Positions 9,973-20,408 of a DNA stretch of 54,831 nt are shown here, piece by piece. Source of the stretch: a virus (lineage: Duplodnaviria > Caudoviricetes); IMG/VR virus record IMGVR_UViG_3300043394_000753, positions 1 through 54,831 of that record. The stretch is one strand, 5' to 3'. Positions within the stretch are counted from its first letter, which is position 1. Each line of letters begins with the position of its first letter. Under the pieces are notes generated by a model, which worked only from the letters and a program-made list of their open reading frames with translations, ran no database searches and was not told the origin of the DNA. Made by a program: the position numbers and the translations under genes.

Positions 9973-11792
9973 TAAATAGCTTTTCTATTTTGTGCTTGTA
10001 TTCTACTGAACACCGTATTTGGTACTGCCGGCTCATCAAAATAAATTGACAATGCTGCCATTTCCCCGGTTCTAACACCATCCTCTACTGTTATTCCATC
10101 TCTGTCTTTCCATCCTCCTCTAAATAAAGCTACTTCTTCTTTTTCTAAAAGTATATCGCCAAAGGTATCTAAATTTATTACGTTTTCAGGAAGTGGAGCA
10201 CCTGCATCAAATGTTATTTGTTGTTCAGTTTCAGTTCTTTTAAAGAAAACATATTTAGATTTACCATTGCCAATTTCCTCAAGCACAGGAGTACTTGGTG
10301 TTACTGTAACTGTTTTAGATATGTAGTACCCGTTTCTTCTTGCAGATTCTTCTGCTTCAGAAACAAATCTAACATTTACTGAATCAATTCCTTCAACGCC
10401 CTCTAACAATGCAATAATATCTGATTTTGGTAAACGATCTCTTCGGGTTATATTAATTAAATAATTTGAAATTTTAGAACGAATTTCATTTGATAGATTA
10501 TTTTTATCAAATCCTTCAAAGTATCTTACCTTAACGTCCATTCTAAAATATTGTACAGATGGTTTAACAATTTTTACTTCTGTTGTAACCATTTGTTGTC
10601 CAGATTTTTCAAGTACATTTAGTATCGCATTATTTTCGTCTTCAGAAAAGAAAAATTCTTCTTTATTAAGATTAAAATAATCATTATTTTTTGAAAGCTT
10701 TCGTGCAGTATCTGGTAACATGAATAGGTATATTACATTGTCATCATCAATATATCCATCCTCAGTTGTATTATATGCGTCTAAATATGAAAACATACCA
10801 TACTTAGATAAAAATGCCTCGTAGTTTTCAGGTGTTGCCAAGACAAATGAATGGCTCTGTAACGGAGCTATTAATTTTGTCAATTCAATTGACTCTGGAT
10901 CAGAGCCCATCGCTGGTGCAATTGTAAATGCAGCTTCTAATAATTGATTTAAATTATATGTATTCCCTAAGGAATCAAATCCTTCTGTTGTAAATTTGAA
11001 ATTAAGATCTTTAGAACCTGTTAAATTTCCTCTAGAACCTTCAGTTATTAAATACTCAATACCAATTGATGCGCCTTCAGATGGAATCATACCAAATGAA
11101 CCATTACCAAAATAAATATCTAATCCGCCAGTAATTCCTGTTTTTACTAAATATCCTTTAGTTCCAACTTTCATATCATACAAAGAATCGTATTTTGTCC
11201 ATGGCTCTCCGTTAACACTTACCTTTACTGAATGATGGTCTGTATTCTTTTTAATAATAATGTTGAATGATTGTAACTTCTCTCCAGTTCCTGTTACAGT
11301 TTGTGTTTCAACCTTTCCTTGAACAACTGGAATATAAATATATTCTGGATTACTTTTTTCTATTCTAAATTGATCGTTATTCGTCTTTAAAATATATTGT
11401 AGTCCATTTTTACTTGAATTAATTATTGTATTTGCAGGAATATTAATAGCATCGCCTGCGATATCATTAAATGCACTAGTATTTAATCTAACTCGTATTT
11501 CTCCAGTCGCAGCGCTTCCTCTAAATGCATCGTGGCCTGCAAGTCTTGCAAGTCCATATATGGATTCATGATTTTGGGCAGTTAATATATTTTGTTCAAC
11601 AACAGCATCCTCCACATAGAAAAATACCAAATTAGTTAATTCGGTTAATACTTCTAATATTTGTGAAAATGGTGAAGCGGTTGTAAATAATTCACCAGTT
11701 CTGCCATATAATCTACTGATATATGTTCGTGTGTCGGCTAACATTTCGTTAACCTTAATTCTAGCTGTTGATAAAAATTTTAATTCTGCCAT
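9972..11792 (-). CDS. baseplate wedge subunit, T4 gp6-like (baseplate J family)
   Basis: NILTAQNHESIYGLARLAG, DIYFGNGSFGMIP, GSDPESIELTK and LATPENYEAFL match typical gp6 motifs; follows the gp25-like gene. Confidence 0.85.
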   Translation of the reverse strand: MAELKFLSTARIKVNEMLADTRTYISRLYGRTGELFTTASPFSQILEVLTELTNLVFFYVEDAVVEQNILTAQNHESIYGLARLAGHDAFRGSAATGEIRVRLNTSAFNDIAGDAINIPANTIINSSKNGLQYILKTNNDQFRIEKSNPEYIYIPVVQGKVETQTVTGTGEKLQSFNIIIKKNTDHHSVKVSVNGEPWTKYDSLYDMKVGTKGYLVKTGITGGLDIYFGNGSFGMIPSEGASIGIEYLITEGSRGNLTGSKDLNFKFTTEGFDSLGNTYNLNQLLEAAFTIAPAMGSDPESIELTKLIAPLQSHSFVLATPENYEAFLSKYGMFSYLDAYNTTEDGYIDDDNVIYLFMLPDTARKLSKNNDYFNLNKEEFFFSEDENNAILNVLEKSGQQMVTTEVKIVKPSVQYFRMDVKVRYFEGFDKNNLSNEIRSKISNYLINITRRDRLPKSDIIALLEGVEGIDSVNVRFVSEAEESARRNGYYISKTVTVTPSTPVLEEIGNGKSKYVFFKRTETEQQITFDAGAPLPENVINLDTFGDILLEKEEVALFRGGWKDRDGITVEDGVRTGEMAALSIYFDEPAVPNTVFSRIQAQNRKAI

Positions 11793-11804
11793 TTTATTTA
11801 TATT

Positions 11805-12158
11805 TTATACGTATAATCCAATACCATATCTATTATCAATAGTGATATCAATATACATTGCATTTCTTTCAGTTTCAGTAACGTATTCAACGTTAACCGA
11901 TACTGGATATTTAGTTGAAAATGGAACATAGGTTGAAATAGCGGTTGAAACTACACCCTTTATCATGTCGTCATTATACATAAAAGAATAAACGTAGTCT
12001 TCTAGATTTAAACCAAACTCTGGCATACCCATCACATCTCCCTTTGAAGTAAAAAGAAGAGTTTCAATTTGAGTTAACATTAATTGAATTTCCTCGTCCA
12101 CTTGTAATTGGTCTGGTCTAAAATTAGGATCCCCTACTGCTTTTATATATAGTTCCAT
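11805..12158 (-). CDS. baseplate wedge/sheath initiator, gp25-like (GPW_gp25)
   Basis: 117 aa with IETLLFTSKGDVMGMPEFGLNLEDYVY, the gp25 L.T..GE...P.FG..L pattern; canonical gp25-gp6 order. Confidence 0.85.
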   Translation of the reverse strand: MELYIKAVGDPNFRPDQLQVDEEIQLMLTQIETLLFTSKGDVMGMPEFGLNLEDYVYSFMYNDDMIKGVVSTAISTYVPFSTKYPVSVNVEYVTETERNAMYIDITIDNRYGIGLYV

Positions 12159-12174
12159 AGTATTATATATTTGT

Positions 12175-13005
12175 TTAAGAATGCATCATCCAGTCAGTAC
12201 CTTCGTCTGTCTTGATTTCTTCTATAACTTTTTCTAGTTCTTCTTCTCCAAGTCCTTTAATTGCATCTGCATTTACTTCAATATTTCCCGGAAGTGCAAA
12301 TCCAAATATAGATAATTTTTGTCCTAGTGAAATTTTAATCTTTGCTGCGCAATATCTAAAAAATGCTTCATCCGCAAAAAGTGCGCATTCTGGAATAGTT
12401 TCGTATATTTCCAATATGATATCTCTCTTTGGAGTTTCTCCTGTAAATTTTAACTCCTTAGTTAATTGGTTATAATTATAACTTATTGGATTTTGAATAA
12501 TTTGTCTTGCCAAATCATAAAAACTTTCGTTAATAACATATGCTTGTAAATTTTCAGCCGCGGCTCCAGCATTTGAACCACCATACATGCCTCCCATTAA
12601 CATACGCTCCATTGAAAAATCTCCTTGTGTAACGTTAATATCCATTGAACCTCCCCATCTTGAACCTGTTTCAAAAACGCCATATACTGAATATACTTCA
12701 TTTCCTCCAGTAACAGGATCTTGTCCTGGAAGTGTAAAACTTCTTTTTCTTTTAAATTGCTCAGAAGAAAAAAGATTTACAGGTAAAACCATAAAGTTTT
12801 CCTTTACTGAATACTCATAGTTTTTATAGAACCACTTCTTTGCGTTTTTAACAATATTTTGAACCTCTTTTTTTGGAAGATTCATTGGAATCATACATGA
12901 ACCTGTAACGTCATCTGCTAATTCATTTACAAAGTTATTAAAGCAATCTGTTGCCCATATAGGATCTTCTAAATGGCTTTCGTTACCTATAATAATATCA
13001 CTCAT
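12175..13005 (-). CDS. neck/head completion protein, T4 gp13-like
   Basis: C-terminal YCAAKIKISLGQKL...LPGNIEVNADAIKGLGEEELEKVIEEIK matches the gp13 LPGGV.LNG..I...A.EE pattern. Confidence 0.75.
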   Translation of the reverse strand: MSDIIIGNESHLEDPIWATDCFNNFVNELADDVTGSCMIPMNLPKKEVQNIVKNAKKWFYKNYEYSVKENFMVLPVNLFSSEQFKRKRSFTLPGQDPVTGGNEVYSVYGVFETGSRWGGSMDINVTQGDFSMERMLMGGMYGGSNAGAAAENLQAYVINESFYDLARQIIQNPISYNYNQLTKELKFTGETPKRDIILEIYETIPECALFADEAFFRYCAAKIKISLGQKLSIFGFALPGNIEVNADAIKGLGEEELEKVIEEIKTDEGTDWMMHS

Positions 13006-13021
13006 CGTTTATTTTTTATTT

Positions 13022-14314
13022 TTATATTAGTTGGTATTTAATAATTTCAACATCGTGGAATTTTGCAAGTTTTTTATCATAGCTTCCTTCTCTAAAAATT
13101 CCACCATTCATAGTACCTTTAAAGATTCCTTTTCCATATACATAACAGTCGCTTGTCATACATGTTCCATGGACATAGGATGAGTCTATTTTACTTGAAG
13201 TAATTTGTGTTCCTGAATAAAAGTTACAATAGTGAATATCTGACCCCTGTACATCACATCCATACATGTCACACGCTGTAAATTCTCCTCTTAAGAAACA
13301 ACCTACAAATTCGTAATCATGTAAATCAACACAATATTCAAGTCTTCCATTTGAAACTTGAACTTTACCCGTATCAGAATCGTAATTAATATGCCCCTTA
13401 GATAATTCGCCATGGGTAAATAATCTCATTACTCTATCCTTGATGCTTGGCCAATATAGATCTACTATCTTTGGATTGTTTTTTAAATCAACTGTAAATT
13501 TAACATCCTTCCAATTATCTGTAATAGTTTTCCAGTTTCGGCGGGCTTCAATTATTCTTTGATTTTCTGAAATAATTCGTTTAAGTTCAATTGCGTTAAG
13601 TTCTGAAAATTCAGTATTTTCAGTTGATTTCCACAATTGCATTAGGAAGCTATCAACTAAATGTAAGATTTTTGTTGTCTTTTTTTCCCAATCAGCTCCT
13701 CCAACATATCTAAATTCCAAATAGTTTTTATGTCTTTTATCAAAATTAATACCGTAGTATTTTGAATCTGGAAATATGAAGTTTTGTTGATTGATATATT
13801 TACCATCAAAGAAATAAGTGTCTTCTTTAGGTAATACGAATTTTATTGATTTTGCATATGCTGAATTTTCTCTCTTAGGAAATAGTTTAAAAACCTGTTC
13901 CTCATTAAAATCTAGAATGAATTTAAGAGTATTCATTTTAGAGATTCTATATTTATTGTCAATCTTAGATTTATCAAATGAAAGATTCAGGTGAATCGAG
14001 GAACGGTCATTTGTATATCCATTCTCTTCTATCCATTTACATACATTAATTATCATTAATCTTGCTGCAAAATACGGAAGAGCTCCGGTTACGAGTTCAA
14101 GTAATTTTGCACCACCTGACATATCAGGTTCTATTTTAAACTCATCTTGAGTTACTTCAAAATCACTATGTGCCTTTGTTTCAAGATGAATTTTTTTACC
14201 AAGTAGTTTGGCTAATTTATCGGTTGTTTCCTGCGCTGGCAAATTTGAATAAAATTCAAACTCAACACCTATCAAGGCATTTTGTAAAATGTTTGCGTCA
14301 TTAAGGTTATTCAT
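13022..14314 (-). CDS. putative amidoligase (COOH-NH2 ligase type 2) with C-terminal beta-helix-like repeats
   Basis: GVEFEF, DMSGG..LELVT, SSIHLNLS, KYYGINF and LEFRYVGG motifs; C-terminal ~5-residue periodic segment. Confidence 0.75.
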   Translation of the reverse strand: MNNLNDANILQNALIGVEFEFYSNLPAQETTDKLAKLLGKKIHLETKAHSDFEVTQDEFKIEPDMSGGAKLLELVTGALPYFAARLMIINVCKWIEENGYTNDRSSIHLNLSFDKSKIDNKYRISKMNTLKFILDFNEEQVFKLFPKRENSAYAKSIKFVLPKEDTYFFDGKYINQQNFIFPDSKYYGINFDKRHKNYLEFRYVGGADWEKKTTKILHLVDSFLMQLWKSTENTEFSELNAIELKRIISENQRIIEARRNWKTITDNWKDVKFTVDLKNNPKIVDLYWPSIKDRVMRLFTHGELSKGHINYDSDTGKVQVSNGRLEYCVDLHDYEFVGCFLRGEFTACDMYGCDVQGSDIHYCNFYSGTQITSSKIDSSYVHGTCMTSDCYVYGKGIFKGTMNGGIFREGSYDKKLAKFHDVEIIKYQLI

Positions 14315-14363
14315 TACTCTATAGATATATTACTTAAGTTAAGTTATATATCTTAGTAAATAA

Positions 14364-15173
14364 TTATAGCATTGAATCTAGTTTCACCTGTAATTTTTTT
14401 ATCGTTTTTTGATAGTCAATTACTGATTTTTTTTTCCATTCAATATTAGTTTGTTTCCATGAAGCAATTCTTTTAGCTATTCCATTATCACGCTCAGAAT
14501 TATAAAATGCCTCATCGTTATTATAATTTTTTGCAGCATCTCGTTTTACGATCTCCTTCCAGGTTGGCCATTCATACCAAGATTCTCTAGGATTATCTTT
14601 AATTGCTTGTATGATTTCTGTATCGTTTAATTTTGAATTAGCTTCAGAGTCTTCAGTTGCTCTTTTAATTCTTAATTCATATCCTTGAATTTCATTGTTA
14701 AGCTTTTCAAGTTTAGACATTTTCTTAATTTTTTCAGAATATTCTTTTGAAATTTCAGAAGCACCAGTTTTAGGGATATTTGTTTTTACAATATATCTAT
14801 AGTGAAGTCTTTGAATATTATGTCCACCTGCATAAATTGCCTCAGTTAGAAAATCGTAGGTAGTTCCATCTCTTTGAATTTGAGAAGAAATTTCAATATT
14901 CCCTTTGGCGCTTTTACGAACATTAAGAGATATTAATGAATCGGTTGGTAATGTGTACATCTCAATGGATTTAACCATATCATAGGTTAAATTTAATCTT
15001 GCAGCTTCTCTGTCGTATTTAGTGAATTCTTGTTTAAATGTTTCAATAAACCATTTTTCAGTGGCAGCTACCATTTCAACAATAGTAGGTTCTAACGAAT
15101 CTAAAATAACATTAACTATATTATTTTGATTTGATTCATTTACAAATTGTCCGTATGTTTTAAATTTATTCAT
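14364..15173 (-). CDS. hypothetical protein with capsid-targeting-like N-terminus (possible internal head protein)
   Basis: Starts MNKFKTYGQFVNE, similar to the T4 internal-protein targeting sequence MKTYQEFIAE. Confidence 0.55.
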   Translation of the reverse strand: MNKFKTYGQFVNESNQNNIVNVILDSLEPTIVEMVAATEKWFIETFKQEFTKYDREAARLNLTYDMVKSIEMYTLPTDSLISLNVRKSAKGNIEISSQIQRDGTTYDFLTEAIYAGGHNIQRLHYRYIVKTNIPKTGASEISKEYSEKIKKMSKLEKLNNEIQGYELRIKRATEDSEANSKLNDTEIIQAIKDNPRESWYEWPTWKEIVKRDAAKNYNNDEAFYNSERDNGIAKRIASWKQTNIEWKKKSVIDYQKTIKKLQVKLDSML

Positions 15174-15190
15174 ATTATATTTATCTAGTT

Positions 15191-15270
15191 TAATTATAAT
15201 GTAAATATAAACAAAAAAACCCAGATCCTAAAATCTGGGTTGTTAAATTTATGTTAAAGTTATTAACAAT
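15191..15270 (-). promoter_or_regulatory. conserved ~80-bp element, copy 1 (terminator-like hairpin plus putative early promoter)
   Basis: Minus strand TTGTTAATAACTTT...AACCCAGAT/ATCTGGGTT hairpin-T7-GTTTATATTTACATTATAAT; same architecture at 29721 and 32955. Confidence 0.75.
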
Positions 15271-16460
15271 TATAGCTTTAAGAAAACCTTTCTTGTATCT
15301 GCGTCTATTCTTGTAATTTGAACAGTGATTGGGCTATTTTTTGCAAGTGAATCGATTTCCGTACCTTCTGGTAATTCAGAGATATGTAATAATCCTACAA
15401 TTCCATCCCCGATATCAACAAATACACCATAATCTTTCACTGATTTAATAACACCTACTACTTCGGTTGGAAAAGATTTATATTTCCCGGCAACTTCTTT
15501 CCAAGGATCTACTGTTTCAACATACTCAATTTGTGTTAAAGTAATTTTGGTATCGTTGATAATTTCTTTAACTTTAAATTCGATCGTGTCTCCTGGTTGA
15601 ATTTCTCTTGCTTTATGTTTTTTAGCAAATTCAGGATTTAAATCGTTTGTATGAATCATTCCAGTTAAACAACCATCAAATTCAACAAATACTCCATATT
15701 TTGCAGAACCTGTAACATTTCCGGTTTTAGTTTCTCCAATTTTGTTTCTAAGTTCATCTACTTTAGCAGGAATCATTGCCTGTAAGTATTTTCTATGTGA
15801 AACGATTACGGTTCCTCTTTCTGGAGAGTAACTCATCGGTACCACATACATTTGAGTATTTAATATAGATTCAAACTCTGCAAGTTTATTAATTCCTGCA
15901 AGTGAACCTGGCATGAAACAATCAATACCTTGTACATTTACGAAATAACCTCCGTTTGGAATCATTCCAGTTACAGTTCCAATATATGCAGTATTTCCAG
16001 ATTCAACTGAAGCTAATATTTCTCTAAGTATTGCTGCCTTAATTCCAGCCTCAACAGAACCTAAAATAAATCCTTTATCGCTTCTACCTGATGTAATTTC
16101 AACGTCTACCTTTTCTCCAGGAATTAATTTTGCCTTTGAAATTACAGATTCTCTTGACATATTCACATATACCATTTCCTTATGCCCAATATCAATTGAA
16201 GCCCATTCAGTGTCAACTGAATATACAGTACCTGTGTGTGTTTCTCCCTCATTTACTGAATAAACTAGAGAGGTGTTTGATAGAGCATTTTCCATCAAAT
16301 CATATAGCTCTTGTGCATATGGTTCTCTTGAATATACTTTGTGTCCCTCTTTTGTTTTTACATGTGGGTTTGGTTTTTTGTGTGCTGATGGGCAATCTTC
16401 TAAATAAGCATCCCAATCAAATCCTGGAATTCCATCAACTGCTAATGTGTTTTTTGACAT
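15270..16460 (-). CDS. rpsA: phage-encoded 30S ribosomal protein bS1 homolog (four S1 domains)
   Basis: Four S1/OB repeats (GETHTGTV..., CFMPGS, YGVFVEFDG.LTGMIH, YGVFVDIGDGIVGLLHISEL); N-terminal FDWDAY resembles the Bacteroidota bS1 N-terminus. Confidence 0.88.
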   Translation of the reverse strand: MSKNTLAVDGIPGFDWDAYLEDCPSAHKKPNPHVKTKEGHKVYSREPYAQELYDLMENALSNTSLVYSVNEGETHTGTVYSVDTEWASIDIGHKEMVYVNMSRESVISKAKLIPGEKVDVEITSGRSDKGFILGSVEAGIKAAILREILASVESGNTAYIGTVTGMIPNGGYFVNVQGIDCFMPGSLAGINKLAEFESILNTQMYVVPMSYSPERGTVIVSHRKYLQAMIPAKVDELRNKIGETKTGNVTGSAKYGVFVEFDGCLTGMIHTNDLNPEFAKKHKAREIQPGDTIEFKVKEIINDTKITLTQIEYVETVDPWKEVAGKYKSFPTEVVGVIKSVKDYGVFVDIGDGIVGLLHISELPEGTEIDSLAKNSPITVQITRIDADTRKVFLKL

Positions 16461-16506
16461 TTTTTTTGTTTAAGTGTTAATATTAATAGTTTATATATAT
16501 GTTTTA

Positions 16507-18432
16507 CTAGAAGGTGGTTGGGCTTATGCCTACCATTGGAATTGGAGGTCCAACCGGTACTATAAATCCTCCAAGATATAAAAATTTAACGCCTAACAAA
16601 TGTTTAGAGCATGCAACTGCAACTGCAGAAGATACTGCCTTTGAAGCAATAGGTGTCAGCGGTTGTTTTTTAAATCTTTTACCTGTATTCCATGCCTTTC
16701 TTAGATCGCTTGCTAATGAGTTTTTATTACCATACGATATTGGCGCATATGTTCCTCCTAATGGAGGAACAGAAGTACAAGGCGATATTGGAGGACTTGG
16801 TTTAAATGGTTGTACTGCCGTACTTTTCCAATAATCAATAATTGCTTGCGCCATTAAATCATATCCATCACCTCCTTGTAAATCTTCTTCAATATTTCCA
16901 GTGGTAGAGTTACCCCATTTTCTTAAAAGGTCATACCACTTATTTTTTTCTTTATGGTACTCCTCTATTTTCTTAGCGTTTCTCTTTAACTCTTCTTTTT
17001 CAAATCTCTTAGGGTCAAGCTTTGCAAGAAGTCCTTTAATTGAAATTCCTTTGTCAGAATATCCATCCATTTTTTTGTCAATCGATTTAAAGTATACAAA
17101 TTTACATATATCGATTGCATTTAACCAAAATGGAATTCTTGTTTTATCGTCAATGTGTTCTTCTTGGAATACATGCCCATTAATTGGATTTGATACATTA
17201 TTTGGGTTTGGAAGACCATATAATTTTTTAATAGCATCTTCCTTTTTAAGAGTTTTATCTTCCTTTAAAAGCTCTTTAATAATATCTTCCTCAGACAATG
17301 CGCCTCTGTATTCATTCTCATATTTCTTAAGTTCTGCGCTAAATAAATTCTTTATTTTGGCCTCAGATAATCCAAATACAGAATTTGATGAACCTTGCTT
17401 TTTAAATTGATCGACTAATGTTTTTTTGTATGAGTCTGCCTTCTCAAAGGCTTTCTTACCTGCAATTTCACCTTTGACTTTTTCATAATTTGCACCATTT
17501 ATACCTAATATTTCAAAAACCTTTGACTTTACCTTTTTACCAAAATCAGCATTATGTCCAATATCTAATCTATCAACCCATTCACCATATTCTGGAGATC
17601 CATCGTTTTGATAAACAACCCGAAGCGCTATATTTTTTATTCTTTCCTCTTCTGTCATCTCAGGAATAGAAGGTCTTGTCTTTTTATTGGCAAAAGGATC
17701 TTTAATCTCATCGATAACATTAATATTATCGTCTTTAATGTCTAGTGTTATTTGTTTGTTTATCTCTTTTAACAAAGTTGTTCCATCTGGCCCATATACT
17801 CCTTTAAAGATATAAGTATATGAACCTATTTGAGTAGGAGTTAATACATGTAGAACGTTATCTGTTGCAATCTGAAGCGGCTGATCCTCCCCATTAATAG
17901 AATATAATAATTTATAATCGATCCCTTCAGTAAATCCAGAGATGGTCATGGTAACGTATTTTTCAGCATCTCCTGGTTTTGAAGCTTCTTCTAACAAATT
18001 ATAATCAATTTCTCCAGAAACAGAAGGTTTCTCATCCGTTGGACATGTTGATGGAAAAAAAGGATAGAATATAAATTTTTTAAGTGTATCTTTATTTGCT
18101 TCAGTCCATTTTTCAAGTTCACAATATGTATCGAAATTAATATTGGGTGATGGTACCTTTTCAAACATATCGGCGTACTTTAAATTTGAAAACTTGCTTT
18201 CAAATTCTATACTCTCTTCATCATAGATTTTCTTAAATGCTTTTTTGAAACCATCTTCAAGTACTTGCTTTTGGCCAGGCTGATGAATGTTTCCAAACAT
18301 CGTTTGTGATGTTTTTACGCTATTAAAATATTCATTAGCAAGAAATACAGCAAATTCGTCTATACTTGATGCGCTCAAGCTAGATAATTTTGCAGATACA
18401 TTGTTAATAAAAATTGGCCATTGTGCAGGCAT
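16507..18432 (-). CDS. hypothetical protein (baseplate region)
   Basis: 641-aa ORF with its own late-type motif (18449-18458); Pro/Gly-rich C-terminus; no family recognised. Confidence 0.6.
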   Translation of the reverse strand: MPAQWPIFINNVSAKLSSLSASSIDEFAVFLANEYFNSVKTSQTMFGNIHQPGQKQVLEDGFKKAFKKIYDEESIEFESKFSNLKYADMFEKVPSPNINFDTYCELEKWTEANKDTLKKFIFYPFFPSTCPTDEKPSVSGEIDYNLLEEASKPGDAEKYVTMTISGFTEGIDYKLLYSINGEDQPLQIATDNVLHVLTPTQIGSYTYIFKGVYGPDGTTLLKEINKQITLDIKDDNINVIDEIKDPFANKKTRPSIPEMTEEERIKNIALRVVYQNDGSPEYGEWVDRLDIGHNADFGKKVKSKVFEILGINGANYEKVKGEIAGKKAFEKADSYKKTLVDQFKKQGSSNSVFGLSEAKIKNLFSAELKKYENEYRGALSEEDIIKELLKEDKTLKKEDAIKKLYGLPNPNNVSNPINGHVFQEEHIDDKTRIPFWLNAIDICKFVYFKSIDKKMDGYSDKGISIKGLLAKLDPKRFEKEELKRNAKKIEEYHKEKNKWYDLLRKWGNSTTGNIEEDLQGGDGYDLMAQAIIDYWKSTAVQPFKPSPPISPCTSVPPLGGTYAPISYGNKNSLASDLRKAWNTGKRFKKQPLTPIASKAVSSAVAVACSKHLLGVKFLYLGGFIVPVGPPIPMVGISPTTF

Positions 18433-18458
18433 AATATACGTTTTAGAAATTATATATC

Positions 18459-19178
18459 TTATTTACCTTTCTGCTGATAATCTTCGTGGGATGATTTTAG
18501 GCTGCTGACTGTTGACGGAGTTGTTGCAGCAGGAGGCCCTGAAGGACCAACTCCAGTTGGATGAAAATGGTTTTTATAATCATCAAGAAATTTATTTAAC
18601 CATTTTTCAAGCGATACACCACGAACAGTTGGTTCTGATTCGTCTTCACTACCTTCGCCTGTATTACTTAAAAATACATTTCCAGAATCTAAGAATATTT
18701 TTTCAGCACTAGAAATTTTGATAAATCCTTTTTCGTCAATTTGGATTAACGGTCTCTCCTTTGCTCCACTTCCTCTTGTAATTACAAGTCCATCCTCAGG
18801 TGAGTGATAGATTCTAATATTTCTTACTTCATCATATACTAATGAAACAACATCATGTGCCGCAGATGAGGCCTCAAGAACATCAGTCTTTAATGATTTA
18901 CTTTGATTAATTTGAAACCAATACTCTGGGTGATATATGTTACCGTTATCAAAACGAACCGCCACGATTGTACCTACATTTGGTATATGATGTGCTCCTA
19001 TAAAATCTCGATTCATTGGAGTTGCCCATGGAATAGAGTCATTTGGTAATTTATCAAATTTACCAAATACTTTAATTCTGCATCTTCCAAGAAATTTAGG
19101 GTCAGCATTATCTACAACCTCACCGATCCAATGGGTTTCCCTAATATTATCTTTATCTAATTCTTTATCTGTTGCCAT
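18459..19178 (-). CDS. baseplate central spike, gp5/gpV-like (OB-fold N-terminus, HxH tip, no lysozyme domain)
   Basis: IGEVVDNADPKFLGRCRIKVFG...IPWA...IPNVGTIVAVRFDNGN is the Gp5 OB signature; C-terminal NHFHPTGVGPSGPP resembles the P2 gpV metal-binding HxH tip. Confidence 0.85.
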   Translation of the reverse strand: MATDKELDKDNIRETHWIGEVVDNADPKFLGRCRIKVFGKFDKLPNDSIPWATPMNRDFIGAHHIPNVGTIVAVRFDNGNIYHPEYWFQINQSKSLKTDVLEASSAAHDVVSLVYDEVRNIRIYHSPEDGLVITRGSGAKERPLIQIDEKGFIKISSAEKIFLDSGNVFLSNTGEGSEDESEPTVRGVSLEKWLNKFLDDYKNHFHPTGVGPSGPPAATTPSTVSSLKSSHEDYQQKGK

Positions 19179-20395
19179 TAATCGTAAGCGTTTCCTAAGT
19201 TTCTTACTCCATTTTGCGCAGCAGCATTTAATCCTTGTGTAATTGAAGAACCTGTAAAGTTGCCAAACACATTTGCTTGAATATTATTACCTATATTTCT
19301 TTGTTGCTGTGTGATATCAGTTGCATTGTCTATGTTTCTCACAACATTTGAAAATACATTCTCAAATGTTGGAATTCTATTAACAGTTTGTATTCTAAGC
19401 TCTTGCGCTAATTCTCTCTTTTTATCTTCAGCCAACGACTTTAGTGTTGCCTTTCCTCGTTCATTTGCTTCACTTAATCTACCGTTTAATTTATCTTTAG
19501 CAAATTCCATAGGAGTTTTACTCGAAGACTCAAAAAACTCAGAATCTGGTGAAGGAGACATATGATTCTTAGTATGTTCAGGTTCAGTAATTATTCCATT
19601 CAATACTCTTGCCTCTATTTTTTCAAAGCCTTGATAATTTATAGTAATATTATTAACTGCAGCATTTTCAGGATTTTTTGAAAGATCGCTAAATATCGCA
19701 GTTCCTGTCATCATGTCAAATTCACAATATTTGATTCCAACCATAAAATATGGTCTTCCATCGGTACCCATAATAGCTGAATTTTTATTTTCAGTATCCA
19801 TTTTAGGCTTAAAGTTATCTGGAAATCCATTGATTGCGTCCTTATTTATTTTACTAGGAATTCCATTAACCTTTATATCGGTATTTACTTGTATACTTCT
19901 AACCTCAGTTACATAAACATACATTGTAAATTTTCTAAGATTTGTAGGTAAAATATATCCCCATCTTCTGCTATCAAAAACACCTTCTCTATATAAGTGC
20001 ATAAGACCTGCAACTGGAAGGTTTAATGATTCAAGCGTTTCAATTTCAATCTTTGCATCGTCTCCTCCAAAATAAGGTTCGGCGTCATTTCTTTGAAAAA
20101 GTCTTTCAAGGCCTTTTATTGATTGCCAATACCATGGCATTTCATTATTAATTGTCAGTAGCGCTTTTTTAAATTCAATAAAACTAGCGTATGCTTCCTT
20201 ATAAAAATTATCGATAGTATCGCCTGATTCTGCTAATTTTTTTAAATAATCTTCAGCAGGACCTGCTAATAATGGAGAAAGTGCCGGATTAAACACGTCA
20301 AATAATATCGCAAACGACAAGTACGTTGGATCCTGATATGGATATTTACTAATTGAACCTTTACGAAAATCCGATATGTTTTTAAAGTCTGACAT
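19178..20395 (-). CDS. putative tail tube / baseplate-tube junction protein (gp19/gp54-like)
   Basis: 405 aa between the hub and spike genes; the tube-like assignment rests mainly on synteny. Confidence 0.45.
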   Translation of the reverse strand: MSDFKNISDFRKGSISKYPYQDPTYLSFAILFDVFNPALSPLLAGPAEDYLKKLAESGDTIDNFYKEAYASFIEFKKALLTINNEMPWYWQSIKGLERLFQRNDAEPYFGGDDAKIEIETLESLNLPVAGLMHLYREGVFDSRRWGYILPTNLRKFTMYVYVTEVRSIQVNTDIKVNGIPSKINKDAINGFPDNFKPKMDTENKNSAIMGTDGRPYFMVGIKYCEFDMMTGTAIFSDLSKNPENAAVNNITINYQGFEKIEARVLNGIITEPEHTKNHMSPSPDSEFFESSSKTPMEFAKDKLNGRLSEANERGKATLKSLAEDKKRELAQELRIQTVNRIPTFENVFSNVVRNIDNATDITQQQRNIGNNIQANVFGNFTGSSITQGLNAAAQNGVRNLGNAYD

Positions 20396-20408
20396 GTATT
20401 ATTTATCT

